Positions 37,432 to 46,678 are shown, numbered from the stretch's first letter. The stretch is 64,000 nucleotides of DNA from Parcubacteria group bacterium (GCA_016203945.1 JACQLT010000003.1:10958-74957); one strand, 5' to 3'. The notes: generated from the sequence alone by a model not told the origin. Translations and numbers: made by a program.

Positions 37432-38816
37432 TTTTTTACCACCTTGATGCCGAGCTCCTTGAGCTGCTCCTTTGAAATTTCTGCGGGAGACGCCATCATG
37501 GGATCTCTTGCGTCGCCGGTCTTGGGAAATGCGATGACTTCCCTGATGGAGGGCTCATTAAGCATGACTGCCAGGAAGCGGTCAATGCCGGGTGCCATGC
37601 CGCCGTGGGGCGGGACCCCGTAGCTGAAAGCTTCCAGCAGGTGCGAAAATTGCTTGCGCATCCCCTCTTTGGAATGGCCCATGATTTCAAACACGGCTTC
37701 CAGAACCTGTATGTTTGAGGTTCTCAGGCTTCCTCCCCCTATTTCAGATCCATTCAGCACGAAGTCGTACTGGTAAGCGAGTATGGAGCCAGGATCCTTT
37801 TTCATTGCTACAATGTCTTCTGTCTGCGGGCGCGTGAATGGATGGTGCACGGCATCCCATCGGTTCTCGCGCTCTTTCCATTCAAACATGGGAAAGTCAA
37901 CGATGAATGCGAACGCAAGCTCGTTTGGGTCTTTTAGATCCTTCCTGATGTCCGGCTTGTCGCTATTCCATCTTTCTTGCGCCTCCTTGTAAGAGATGCG
38001 CGGGAAAGGGTTTTGTTGGATCTTTTTTTCAGGGAACAGTTTCTGCACGATTTCGGTGTAGAGACGCTCTACGAGATTTAGGATGTCTTCTTGCGTGGTG
38101 AAAGACATTTCAAGGTCCAGCTGGGTAAATTCCGGCTGCCTGTCCGCTCTTGGATCCTCGTCGCGAAAGCATTGCGCTATCTGAAAATAGCGCTCAAATC
38201 CGGCAACCTGCAGGAGCTGCTTGTACTGCTGGGGGCTCTGCGGAAGGGCGTAAAAGGTTCCTGGATACAGACGCGAAGGCACGACGTAGTCGCGCGCCCC
38301 CTCCGGAGTTGACTTGCTGAGGATGGGAGTTTCTATCTCAACGAATTTTTCTTTGCTCAAGAACTCCCGCATGAACTGGATGACGCGATGGCGCAGCACA
38401 AGGTTGCGCTTCATGCGTTCTCTTCTTAGATCTAGGTACCGGTAGCGCAGACGCTTCTCTTCTTCAATCTCGTATCCTTCTGTATCCAAAGGAAAGGGAG
38501 GCGTCTTTGCTTCAGAAAGTATTGTGATCGTTTGTGCTTGCACCTCCACGCTTCCTTGAGGGGTTTCATTGGTCATGCCTTCAGGCCGCTTCTGGCACAC
38601 GCCTTGTATCTCAAGCACCCACTCGGGCCGTACCCGTTCTGCTATCTTGTACGCTTCTTCGTGTTTGGGCGTGCACACAACCTGTACGATTCCTGTCCTG
38701 TCCCTCATGTCCAAAAACACGAGCTTACCATGGTCTCGCCGTATGTTCACCCATCCGGCAATCTTTATATTTTCCCCGACATGTCGGGAAGCTTCACTAT
38801 TCAGCACCCTGTTCAT
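37428..38816 (-). CDS. aspS: Aspartyl-tRNA synthetase (bacterial type without GAD insertion)
   Basis: OB fold plus class II motifs (FRDEDPRADRQPEFTQLD, GGGSLR). It is 462 aa. Confidence 0.93.
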   Translation of the reverse strand: MNRVLNSEASRHVGENIKIAGWVNIRRDHGKLVFLDMRDRTGIVQVVCTPKHEEAYKIAERVRPEWVLEIQGVCQKRPEGMTNETPQGSVEVQAQTITILSEAKTPPFPLDTEGYEIEEEKRLRYRYLDLRRERMKRNLVLRHRVIQFMREFLSKEKFVEIETPILSKSTPEGARDYVVPSRLYPGTFYALPQSPQQYKQLLQVAGFERYFQIAQCFRDEDPRADRQPEFTQLDLEMSFTTQEDILNLVERLYTEIVQKLFPEKKIQQNPFPRISYKEAQERWNSDKPDIRKDLKDPNELAFAFIVDFPMFEWKERENRWDAVHHPFTRPQTEDIVAMKKDPGSILAYQYDFVLNGSEIGGGSLRTSNIQVLEAVFEIMGHSKEGMRKQFSHLLEAFSYGVPPHGGMAPGIDRFLAVMLNEPSIREVIAFPKTGDARDPMMASPAEISKEQLKELGIKVVKK

Positions 38817-38856
38817 TGAGACAGTATACCACGATTGTTCCGTACAGGAAGTATTT

Positions 38857-40008
38857 CTAGCGCACTAACTGGGTCCGCTTCGCTTCTTCGTAGAAATTCA
38901 GGACTTGTTTTGCGATGACCGGCCACGCGTATCGCTGAGCTTCTTTTTTTCCCCACGCGCCGAGTTCTTTTCTCAACTGAGGCTTTTTAATAAACCGGTC
39001 AATCGTTTCAGCCAGCAGGCGGGAGTTTCCCACGGGGACGAGCCCAGACGCCCCTTTGGTGCCTTCCAAGAACTGCCGATATCCCCGATTCGCAAATGCG
39101 ACGATAGGAAGGCCGCACGCCATGGCTTCCAGGAGCACCATGCCAAAGCTCTCTCCGTAGAGAGCTGGGCTGCAGAAGATGTCTGCCTGCTGATATGCGG
39201 AGATTAGCTCTTCATCGGTTTTCTTTCCGAGAAACCGTATATTTTGCAATTTGTTCTTTTTTATAAATGCCGCGCACTTTTTTTGTTCTTCTCCCTCTCC
39301 CACGACAAGGAGCCGCAGCTGCGGGCGCGTCTTCTTGTCCTGAGCAGGGTCGAAGGGCTGGAGCAGCTTCATTGCTTCTAGCAGCAAGAGAAGTCCTTTG
39401 CGTTCTTCCAGACGCCCCACAAATAACAAGGTTATGGCGTCGCTCGGTTTTTTGAAAGAGGCCGGTTTAAATATTGTGATATCAATGCCGTTTGAGATGA
39501 TGCGCTTGGGTCCCCGATACCCTTTTGCCATCTCCATGGCTACCGGAGAAACTGCAATGACTCCTTGGATCTTCCAGTTGAGGACTTTTGTCACCATTGC
39601 GGGAAGCCAGGGAAGGTTGCGCATGAGCTCGCTTCCGTCTGGATTTGAATGAAGCGTCATGATGTTTGTGGCTTTTGAAAACGAAAGGATTTCCAGTATG
39701 GAAGGAAATCCAAAATTATGAAAATGAAGAACGTCAAAACGTTCTCGCTTTAAGATTTTTTGCAAGGAGAGAAGATTGAAATACAGGGATATATCCGCCT
39801 GGCTTGCGTTGAACGGAATAGGAAATGCCGTGCCCACGAGCACGACATCCTTACCGTACTTTGCGGCAGACTCGGAGCGCGAACGCCTGGGCACGATGAT
39901 TTTGGAAGAAACCCCCCGTTTCTCAAACTCATGGTGGAGATTGAGAATATGACTTTTGACTCCTCCCGGGGCCTGGAACGAAGAGGAAGAGATGAATCCT
40001 ACTTTCAT
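38857..40008 (-). CDS. Glycosyltransferase family 4
   Basis: GT-B fold with GGVKSHILNL at the N-terminus and an E-x7-E region (ESFGMVLLEAMACGLP). Confidence 0.85.
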   Translation of the reverse strand: MKVGFISSSSFQAPGGVKSHILNLHHEFEKRGVSSKIIVPRRSRSESAAKYGKDVVLVGTAFPIPFNASQADISLYFNLLSLQKILKRERFDVLHFHNFGFPSILEILSFSKATNIMTLHSNPDGSELMRNLPWLPAMVTKVLNWKIQGVIAVSPVAMEMAKGYRGPKRIISNGIDITIFKPASFKKPSDAITLLFVGRLEERKGLLLLLEAMKLLQPFDPAQDKKTRPQLRLLVVGEGEEQKKCAAFIKKNKLQNIRFLGKKTDEELISAYQQADIFCSPALYGESFGMVLLEAMACGLPIVAFANRGYRQFLEGTKGASGLVPVGNSRLLAETIDRFIKKPQLRKELGAWGKKEAQRYAWPVIAKQVLNFYEEAKRTQLVR

Positions 40009-40560
40009 TTAGAGTCCTGGATCAAGCCGCGTAGGGGGAGAAACCGGGGGCTCCTTATCGGGTGCGGGGGCTGGCTTGGGTTCTGGAGTAAAAGATTTTG
40101 GCTCGTCAGGGGGTTCCAATTCAGGAAGATCTGAAAGAAACGTAAGGCTGGGCCGAGGAGCTTGGTTTTGGGGTTCAGCTACGGGCTTTGGAGCTGGCGG
40201 AGGCGGAGGAGGCGGAACAGGAGGCCTTGGAGGTTCTGGGGCTGGCTTGGGCGCAGGAGGAGGCGGGGGTACCGGTTTTGGAATTGGTGGCGGCGGAGGT
40301 GGCGTTGGCTTGGGAGCAGGAGGCGGCGAAGGCGGATTCGGTCGAGGCGCTGGCTGCGCTTGAGGAGCACGCGGAACAAAAACGATGCCTGGTTCTTTGG
40401 GCTGCGTAGCAATGCGGGCAGGCCCGCCAGCTGGCGGGGCAGGCGGCGGCGGGCTAGGAATAGGAGGTATTGGAAAGTGCTGTATCGCGCTTCGCCTTCC
40501 CAAGAACCATCCAAATCCAATGGCTGCTCCGAATATGAAGAAAAGCAGAAGAAGCGTCAT
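40009..40560 (-). CDS. Proline-rich membrane-anchored protein
   Basis: N-terminal TM followed by about 150 aa of PPxP/APKP low complexity. The gene abuts murC and the GT4 gene with no gap. Confidence 0.6.
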   Translation of the reverse strand: MTLLLLFFIFGAAIGFGWFLGRRSAIQHFPIPPIPSPPPPAPPAGGPARIATQPKEPGIVFVPRAPQAQPAPRPNPPSPPPAPKPTPPPPPPIPKPVPPPPPAPKPAPEPPRPPVPPPPPPPAPKPVAEPQNQAPRPSLTFLSDLPELEPPDEPKSFTPEPKPAPAPDKEPPVSPPTRLDPGL

Positions 40561-41930
40561 GAGTTCATTTTCTCCTTTCTTCTTTCGCGTGTCAAACGAA
40601 GGGTGAGGCGTTCGTAGATATTACCCGCTCCCATGACGATAACTGCTTCTCCGCCCCGGAGATTTTTGCGAAGGTATCGTTCAACTTCTTTAAGCGTAGA
40701 GATATAGAGAACAGAATTTTTAATTGTTTCGGCAAGCTTTTTTGATGAAACTCTTTTCTCAATCTGTTCATTCTCTCTTCCTGCCACGTCATAAATGTCA
40801 GTAAGAATAAGTTTATCAACCGGCAGGTGCGAGAGAACTTTTACGAAATCGTTCCACAAAAAATACGTTCTGGCATATTGGTGCGGCTGGAACACGAGCC
40901 AGATCTTTTTCTTCGGCTTGCCCGCCGAAGCTTTAGCGAAGGTGGGCCACTTCGCCCGGGCCGCCTGCACCGTTGCCGCAATCTCGGTCGGATGATGCCC
41001 ATAATCACTCACAAGCGTGTACGGGAGGCGCTTGCCTGCCGAAGTTTTGACGAAGGCGGGGAATATCTCAAACCTTCGCCAAGAGCCGCGGTACTGGGAT
41101 AGGACGCTCAGACCCACACGCTTTGGAATGCAGAGAGTCGTGCTTGTCGCGAGCGCAGCAAGCGCATTTGCCACGTTATGCTCGCCCGGCACCTGGAGAA
41201 TCCCTCTCAGTTTCTCAGCTCGTTGTTCTTTGAGCGAAAACCATGTGACTCCCGTCTTCCCCTTCAGGATGTTTCGAATGTTCTTGTCATCCTTGTTCCC
41301 CACGATCAGAGGAGCATGGGAAACGAACGTTCTAAAAGCCTTCAGAAGATTTTTCAGGTTCTTGTAGTAGTCCAGATGGTCAGCTTCAACCGACGTCAGT
41401 ACGGCGAGCTGCGGCCGATAGTTCAGGAAGGAAGCGAAGTGCTCATCAGCTTCGATGACCAGGTATTTTGACTTCCCTACTCTGCAATTTGAATCTCCGA
41501 ACTCTTTGAGCTTGGTGCCCATGATAACCGTTGGATCAAACCCAGCTTTCGTGAGCAAAAGGCCGATCATCGCAGTGGTGGTGCTTTTCCCATGGGTGCC
41601 GGCCACGGCTATGGTGAAATGCTTTTTGGTCAACTCCCCCAAGGCTTGGGGATAGCTGAGCGTGGGAATTTTCAATTTCCTCCGCCAGCTGGCGGATTCA
41701 ATTTTTAAACTATCTTTTTGCACTGCCGGACTGTAGATAATTTTTTCAGCGCCCGCGGGACACGCCGCATCGGGTTTTCCAATGCGTATTTTCACTCCCA
41801 TTTTTTTGAGCTGGTCGGTTGTTTCAGAAGAAACCAAATCGCAACCCGAAACCTCATGTCCTTTTGCAAGGTAGTATTTGGCCAGCGCCGAAACGCCGAT
41901 TCCTCCGATGCCAATAAAATGTACTTTCAT
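40557..41930 (-). CDS. murC: UDP-MurNAc:L-alanine ligase MurC
   Basis: MKVHFIGIGGIGVSALA and GTHGKSTTTAM. The start is taken at ATG 41930. Confidence 0.92.
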   Translation of the reverse strand: MKVHFIGIGGIGVSALAKYYLAKGHEVSGCDLVSSETTDQLKKMGVKIRIGKPDAACPAGAEKIIYSPAVQKDSLKIESASWRRKLKIPTLSYPQALGELTKKHFTIAVAGTHGKSTTTAMIGLLLTKAGFDPTVIMGTKLKEFGDSNCRVGKSKYLVIEADEHFASFLNYRPQLAVLTSVEADHLDYYKNLKNLLKAFRTFVSHAPLIVGNKDDKNIRNILKGKTGVTWFSLKEQRAEKLRGILQVPGEHNVANALAALATSTTLCIPKRVGLSVLSQYRGSWRRFEIFPAFVKTSAGKRLPYTLVSDYGHHPTEIAATVQAARAKWPTFAKASAGKPKKKIWLVFQPHQYARTYFLWNDFVKVLSHLPVDKLILTDIYDVAGRENEQIEKRVSSKKLAETIKNSVLYISTLKEVERYLRKNLRGGEAVIVMGAGNIYERLTLRLTRERRKEKMNS

Positions 41931-41934
41931 AAAT

Positions 41935-42492
41935 TCACTTGACGAGTCGAAAGCTTGCCAAGACGGTATATTGGGATCCTCCGAACTTGCTTTCCATAAG
42001 CTCAAAAGAGTTTACGGGAAAAGACAGGTCAATCTCTTCTTCTATAATGGGCCGCTCTTCTTCCTCCATGGCCGCAAACGCCCATTTATCAAGCCGCAAA
42101 AGAGTTAAATGCACTATGGCGTCTTCTTGTTTCGGCTCAAATCGGAGCACGGGAGAGGTAGTCAGCCCCTTCTCTATATCCCTCTTTAAGCTAAGAAATT
42201 CATTCTGACTCTCTCCGATTGCCCAGATCATGAGCGGGGTTGTCTTGGGTGGTCCGTATGCGATGCGGGAAATATGCATGGTGAATGGAGCGTGCTTTGC
42301 TGCCACCTTCTTTAAGATACTTCGTATTTCTTGTTCCTCCTGTTCTGACTTGTTGCCGAGGAAAGCAAGCGTAGCATGGAGGTTTTCTCTCTTCGTCCAT
42401 GTGCCGGGGAGTTCTACCCACATCTCTTGGTACGAAAGCAGTTCTTCTTTGGCACTTTCGGGCAGATTGACAGCGACGAACAATCGTTTCAT
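41935..42492 (-). CDS. thpR: RNA 2',3'-cyclic phosphodiesterase (2H family, ThpR/LigT)
   Basis: Two HxT/S motifs (HATLAF and HLTLLR). The start is taken at MKRLFVAV. Confidence 0.8.
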   Translation of the reverse strand: MKRLFVAVNLPESAKEELLSYQEMWVELPGTWTKRENLHATLAFLGNKSEQEEQEIRSILKKVAAKHAPFTMHISRIAYGPPKTTPLMIWAIGESQNEFLSLKRDIEKGLTTSPVLRFEPKQEDAIVHLTLLRLDKWAFAAMEEEERPIIEEEIDLSFPVNSFELMESKFGGSQYTVLASFRLVK

Positions 42493-42541
42493 GGTTTGAA
42501 GTTTAGCATAAAAAGAGATAGAATAGAAGCTGGAGAATACG

Positions 42542-43225
42542 ATGGCGCAAGTAAAAAAGAACAACAAAGCAATAGCCGAGATCTTCTCTGAGATGGCAGA
42601 TTTATTGGAGATAAACAGCGTGCCATACAAGCCCAAAGCCTACCGCAAAGCGGCGCAATCTTTGCATGCTTTGGAGCAAGACGTTGCCTTGATTTACAAG
42701 GAGAAGGGACGAGGCGGCCTAAGAAAGATTGCTGGCATCGGGGAAAGCATCGCTGGTAAGATCGAGGAATATTTGAAAAAGAAAAAGATCGCGCAGTATG
42801 AAGAATTGAAGGAGAAAACTATGCTCCGCGATATCGTTACCCACTACTTTGAGACCAAGGGAGTTTCTTTAGAGGAGCTTAAAAGAAACGCGCGCAAGCA
42901 GAAGATTGTGTATGCGAGATTCGCGAAAGCGGCAAAACAGCTTCTTTTGCTTGCGGGATCTGCGGCGAAAGCAAAACACGCTCTTTCGGTGGTGGCTGCC
43001 TGGGCGAAATCCAACAAGCTAGACTATACCATTGATACGGTGTTCAAACGCTGGCCGGAACTGGATCGGTTGAAACCCAAAGAGCGGGTCAGAAAGCCAT
43101 TCTATCGGGGATCCCCCATGGTATGGGTGGAGTCCAAGAAGAAATGGTTTGTCGTGCGCGGAACCGGGGACTGGCTGGAGTTCGTGGGAGACGAAAAAGA
43201 TATTGAGTGGAGGATGCAATCATGA
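42542..43225 (+). CDS. PolX-type N-terminal (8-kDa/HhH) domain protein with unknown C-terminal domain
   Basis: NKAIAEIFSEMADLLEI...YKPKAYRKAAQSL...IAGIGESIAGKIEEYL matches the Pol beta/X N-terminus. No polymerase palm motifs are present. Confidence 0.6.
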   Translation: MAQVKKNNKAIAEIFSEMADLLEINSVPYKPKAYRKAAQSLHALEQDVALIYKEKGRGGLRKIAGIGESIAGKIEEYLKKKKIAQYEELKEKTMLRDIVTHYFETKGVSLEELKRNARKQKIVYARFAKAAKQLLLLAGSAAKAKHALSVVAAWAKSNKLDYTIDTVFKRWPELDRLKPKERVRKPFYRGSPMVWVESKKKWFVVRGTGDWLEFVGDEKDIEWRMQS

Positions 43226-44178
43226 AAATTGTGTTTTTCGGCACTTCGGAGTTCGGAGCGATCGTGCTCCGGACGATTATACGGGCGAGTATAATTCCTG
43301 CTCTTGTTGTCACCGTGCCAGATAAGCCCGCGGGAAGGAAGCTTAAGGTCCATCCTTCTTGGGTGAAGCAAGTTGCGTTGGAGTACCGCATTCCCCTGCT
43401 CCAGCCCGAAACACCGCAGGAAAAAGTTCTTTCACAGCTGAGATCTATGGAGCCGGATCTGTTCCTGGTTGCGGCCTACGGAAAGATTCTGCCGCAGGAA
43501 TTACTGGATATTCCAAAGAAGGGATCTCTCAACGTGCATCCTTCCTTGCTTCCTTTGTATCGGGGAGCAGCTCCCGTGCAAGCGGCCTTGCTCAACGGAG
43601 ACGAGAAGACCGGAGCCACCGTCATACTCATGGATGAGAGGATGGATCACGGACCAATAGTGGCAAGCTCAAAAATCAAAATCCAAAATCCAAAAATTAA
43701 TTACCCGGAACTTCATAATAAACTGGCGAAACTTGGCGGTGAGCTTTTGATAAAAACGATCCCTCTCTGGATTGCGGGCAAGATCAAAGCAGTTCCCCAG
43801 CAAGATTCCAAAGCAACGTATACCAAGCACCTTACAAAAGAAGCAGGACGAATTGACTGGACAAAATCTGCCTTGTATATAGAAAGACAGGTTAGAGCTT
43901 TGCAGCCGTGGCCGGGAACGTTTTGCAAAATAAAAGCTCAAAGCAAAAAATCCAAAAATACAGAGCAAAATTTAAAAATTCTTAAAGCAGGCATACGAGA
44001 AGGCGTACATGGAGAACCAGGAAAAACTTTTCTCGCGCAAGGGAAAAAGCTCGGCGTATATGCAGGAAAAGATGCTTTGATAATTGAGGAATTACAGCTA
44101 GAAGGTAGCAAACCTGTGAGTTCAAAAGAATTTTTACTCGGCCATAAGGATATTCTAAATAATAAATTGCCTATATGA
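43222..44178 (+). CDS. fmt: Methionyl-tRNA formyltransferase
   Basis: MKIVFFGTSEFG, SLNVHPSLLPLYRG and the Fmt C-terminal domain. Confidence 0.93.
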   Translation: MKIVFFGTSEFGAIVLRTIIRASIIPALVVTVPDKPAGRKLKVHPSWVKQVALEYRIPLLQPETPQEKVLSQLRSMEPDLFLVAAYGKILPQELLDIPKKGSLNVHPSLLPLYRGAAPVQAALLNGDEKTGATVILMDERMDHGPIVASSKIKIQNPKINYPELHNKLAKLGGELLIKTIPLWIAGKIKAVPQQDSKATYTKHLTKEAGRIDWTKSALYIERQVRALQPWPGTFCKIKAQSKKSKNTEQNLKILKAGIREGVHGEPGKTFLAQGKKLGVYAGKDALIIEELQLEGSKPVSSKEFLLGHKDILNNKLPI

Positions 44179-44735
44179 TTGATCATACGCAATTGCGAAA
44201 AGGGGTCCAGATCGTGCTGGACGGAGCCCCGTACGAAATATTAGAATCGGCTCCCATGAAGAAGGCCCAGCGCAGGGTCGTCATCCAAGCGCGCCTCAGG
44301 AATCTCCTTACGGGAAACATGCTGGACCGCAATTTTCATCAGGGAGACACGTTTGAGGAAGCGGACCTCGTAAAGAAAAACGTCCTTTTTCTGTACGGCC
44401 GCCGGGGAAAATACATGTTCTGTGAAAAAGAAAACCGAGGGAATCGGTTTGAGCTTGAGGAATCAAGTTTGGGAGAAGCCGCTCACTTCCTGAAACAGGA
44501 TCAGGAGCTGACGGCGGTAGAGTTTGAGGGAAAGATCGTCAATGTCATCTTGCCCATCAAGGTACAGCTGAAAGTGGCGGAAGCTCCTCCCGGAGTAAAG
44601 GGAGACCGGGCGCAGGGAGGGACGAAATCCGTCACCCTAGAAACCGGAACTATTATCCAAGCTCCCCTGTTCATTGAGACGGGCGACTCCGTAGAGATTA
44701 ACACGGACAAGGGAGAATATGTAAGGAGGGTGTGA
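44175..44735 (+). CDS. efp: Elongation factor P
   Basis: Contains KKAQRRVVIQARLRNLLTG and VAEAPPGVKGD. Confidence 0.95.
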   Translation: MIDHTQLRKGVQIVLDGAPYEILESAPMKKAQRRVVIQARLRNLLTGNMLDRNFHQGDTFEEADLVKKNVLFLYGRRGKYMFCEKENRGNRFELEESSLGEAAHFLKQDQELTAVEFEGKIVNVILPIKVQLKVAEAPPGVKGDRAQGGTKSVTLETGTIIQAPLFIETGDSVEINTDKGEYVRRV

Positions 44736-45346
44736 ACGGGATGAACGATTTGGTGAATCTGTTGAGGAAAGGAGGTGTCCTGAAGACCCAAGCGATCATC
44801 GAGGCGTTTTCACATGTTGATCGAAAAGATTTTGTCTTAGCCGAGTTTCAGGAATATGCATACGGCGACTATCCCCTGCCGATAGCCGAAGAGCAGACCA
44901 TTTCCCAGCCGACCACCGTGGCATTCATGCTGGAGCAGCTTCAGCCCCAGCCAGGAGAGAAGATCCTGGACGTTGGATCGGGCTCTGGCTGGACTACGGC
45001 GCTCCTTGCGTTCCTTGTGGGGGAAAAGGGCCGAGTGTTCGGCTTGGAGCGCATCCCGGAGCTCGTGGCATTCGGCGCACAAAATCTCAAGAAATACGAT
45101 TTTCCTTGGGCGACAATCGCACAGGCAGAAAAAATTCTTGGTTTAGTCAAGGAAGCTCCCTTTGATAAAATTCTTGTTTCTGCGGCAGCCCAAAGCTTTC
45201 CGGAAAACCTTCTTTCCCAACTGAAAGAAGGGGGCGTCATAGTCATGCCCGTGCAAAACGCCGTCTGGCACGTCAAAAAATTGTCTCAAGGTAAAACCGA
45301 GATCCAAAAGTTCGAGGGTTTTGCTTTTGTCCCGCTTATAACGTAA
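44732..45346 (+). CDS. pcm: Protein-L-isoaspartate O-methyltransferase
   Basis: Contains TISQPTTVAFMLEQL and LDVGSGSGWTTALLA. Confidence 0.9.
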   Translation: MNGMNDLVNLLRKGGVLKTQAIIEAFSHVDRKDFVLAEFQEYAYGDYPLPIAEEQTISQPTTVAFMLEQLQPQPGEKILDVGSGSGWTTALLAFLVGEKGRVFGLERIPELVAFGAQNLKKYDFPWATIAQAEKILGLVKEAPFDKILVSAAAQSFPENLLSQLKEGGVIVMPVQNAVWHVKKLSQGKTEIQKFEGFAFVPLIT

Positions 45347-45368
45347 ACGATATATCGAGCAAAGCTCG

Positions 45369-46322
45369 CTATAGAAGATCCCAGCTGAATCCCCTGCCAA
45401 AGTGGCCCCAGGCAGCGGTTTTAGCGTAAATTGGGCTTCTCAAGCCAAGCTTCTCGATAATTCCCTTTGGAGTAAGATTATACTCTTTGGGAATCTGTAT
45501 CTCTTCTGCGCCGTTTATAAGGGCCTTTGCCATCAGAGGTTCTGCTTTTCCAATGGCGTACGCTATCTTCACAAGCACGGTGTCCGCCTTGGCGCTTTCC
45601 AATAGCCCTACCGCGATTTTTCTGGCCATGTACGCCCCGCTCCTGTCTACCTTTGTTGGGTCCTTTCCGGAAAATGATCCTCCTCCCACCGGAATCTCGG
45701 GGCCGTAGGCATCAACGACGATCTTTCTTCCGGAAAGCCCAGAGTCAGAATCAAATCCCCCGACTTCCCACTCCCCTGCGGGGTTCACCAGATATTCCTC
45801 CGCTTTTACCAGGTCTTGCAATATTGTTCTCACTTCTTCCGTCTTTGTATTTTGAAAAGACGCGACCACGGCAAGAACCTTGTTTCCGTCCAACGTAACC
45901 TGCACTTTTCCGTCCGTGGGATATTTCTGGTACATGGCCCGACAGATCCTTCTGGCAAGTTCGTATTCCAGAGGCATACGGCTTTCCGTTTCTCTGGTGG
46001 CGTATCCCACCATGATGCCCTGGTCTCCGGCTCCTCCGGTATCCACTCCCCGGGCGATGAACGGGCTCTGCTGGGAAATCGTCGTGGCAATCTCATATTT
46101 CTTGCCCATGAGATTGTGAACGATGGGAGCGATATCTACTTTGGCCTTGCTTGTCACCTCTCCGGACACGGTAACCCGTCCATGCCCTCCCATAATTTCC
46201 AAGGCGACCCTGCTCTGGGGGTCTTGCGCGATGAAAGCATCAAGCAAGGAGTCAGCAATGATGTCACAAATCTTGTCAGGATGCTTTGGAGAAACAAACT
46301 CGCATGTTTTTATTGATCCCAT
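45369..46322 (-). CDS. metK: S-adenosylmethionine synthetase (short, 317 aa)
   Basis: Contains SPKHPDKICD, GAGDQGIMVGYA and GGGSFSGKDPTKVDRSGAY. Confidence 0.9.
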   Translation of the reverse strand: MGSIKTCEFVSPKHPDKICDIIADSLLDAFIAQDPQSRVALEIMGGHGRVTVSGEVTSKAKVDIAPIVHNLMGKKYEIATTISQQSPFIARGVDTGGAGDQGIMVGYATRETESRMPLEYELARRICRAMYQKYPTDGKVQVTLDGNKVLAVVASFQNTKTEEVRTILQDLVKAEEYLVNPAGEWEVGGFDSDSGLSGRKIVVDAYGPEIPVGGGSFSGKDPTKVDRSGAYMARKIAVGLLESAKADTVLVKIAYAIGKAEPLMAKALINGAEEIQIPKEYNLTPKGIIEKLGLRSPIYAKTAAWGHFGRGFSWDLL

Positions 46323-46456
46323 ATAAAAAGTATTGAATTGATTAGTATTGATTATGTTATTTTACGCAACAATACAAACAGCATACTGTAGTTGAATGAA
46401 TCTGTCCATAGACCACAAATGTATAGAGGATACAGAAATGGCCACAGGAGGTTCTA

Positions 46457-46678
46457 GTGGCAACAACAAAGAGTCCGAGGGTACGGAAAAGATACAGGGG
46501 CCGGGTCTGGGATGACCGGGCCAAGGTCTGGCAGTACTTCAAGACCAAAGCAGTCTCAGAGAAGCAAGCACAGAACAATCTCCGCCAGCAGTTCTTTCTG
46601 AAGTACGGACGCAATCCTTCCGGCTCCATAGAGACCTGGCTCTATATATCTGGAGGAGTCCCGTGGTGGGCTACATAG
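46457..46678 (+). CDS. Hypothetical basic 73-aa protein
   Basis: AGGAGG lies 5 nt before GTG 46457. KRYRGRVWDDRAKVWQYF is reminiscent of AP2/Arm-type DNA-binding repeats (weak). Confidence 0.4.
   Translation: MATTKSPRVRKRYRGRVWDDRAKVWQYFKTKAVSEKQAQNNLRQQFFLKYGRNPSGSIETWLYISGGVPWWAT

Noticed and set aside
40076-40617. Gly/Arg-rich plus-strand ORFs (95-151 aa).
   Set aside because: They are the complement of the proline-rich gene (CCN versus GGN). The minus-strand frame has a TM anchor and tight coupling to murC and the GT4 gene.
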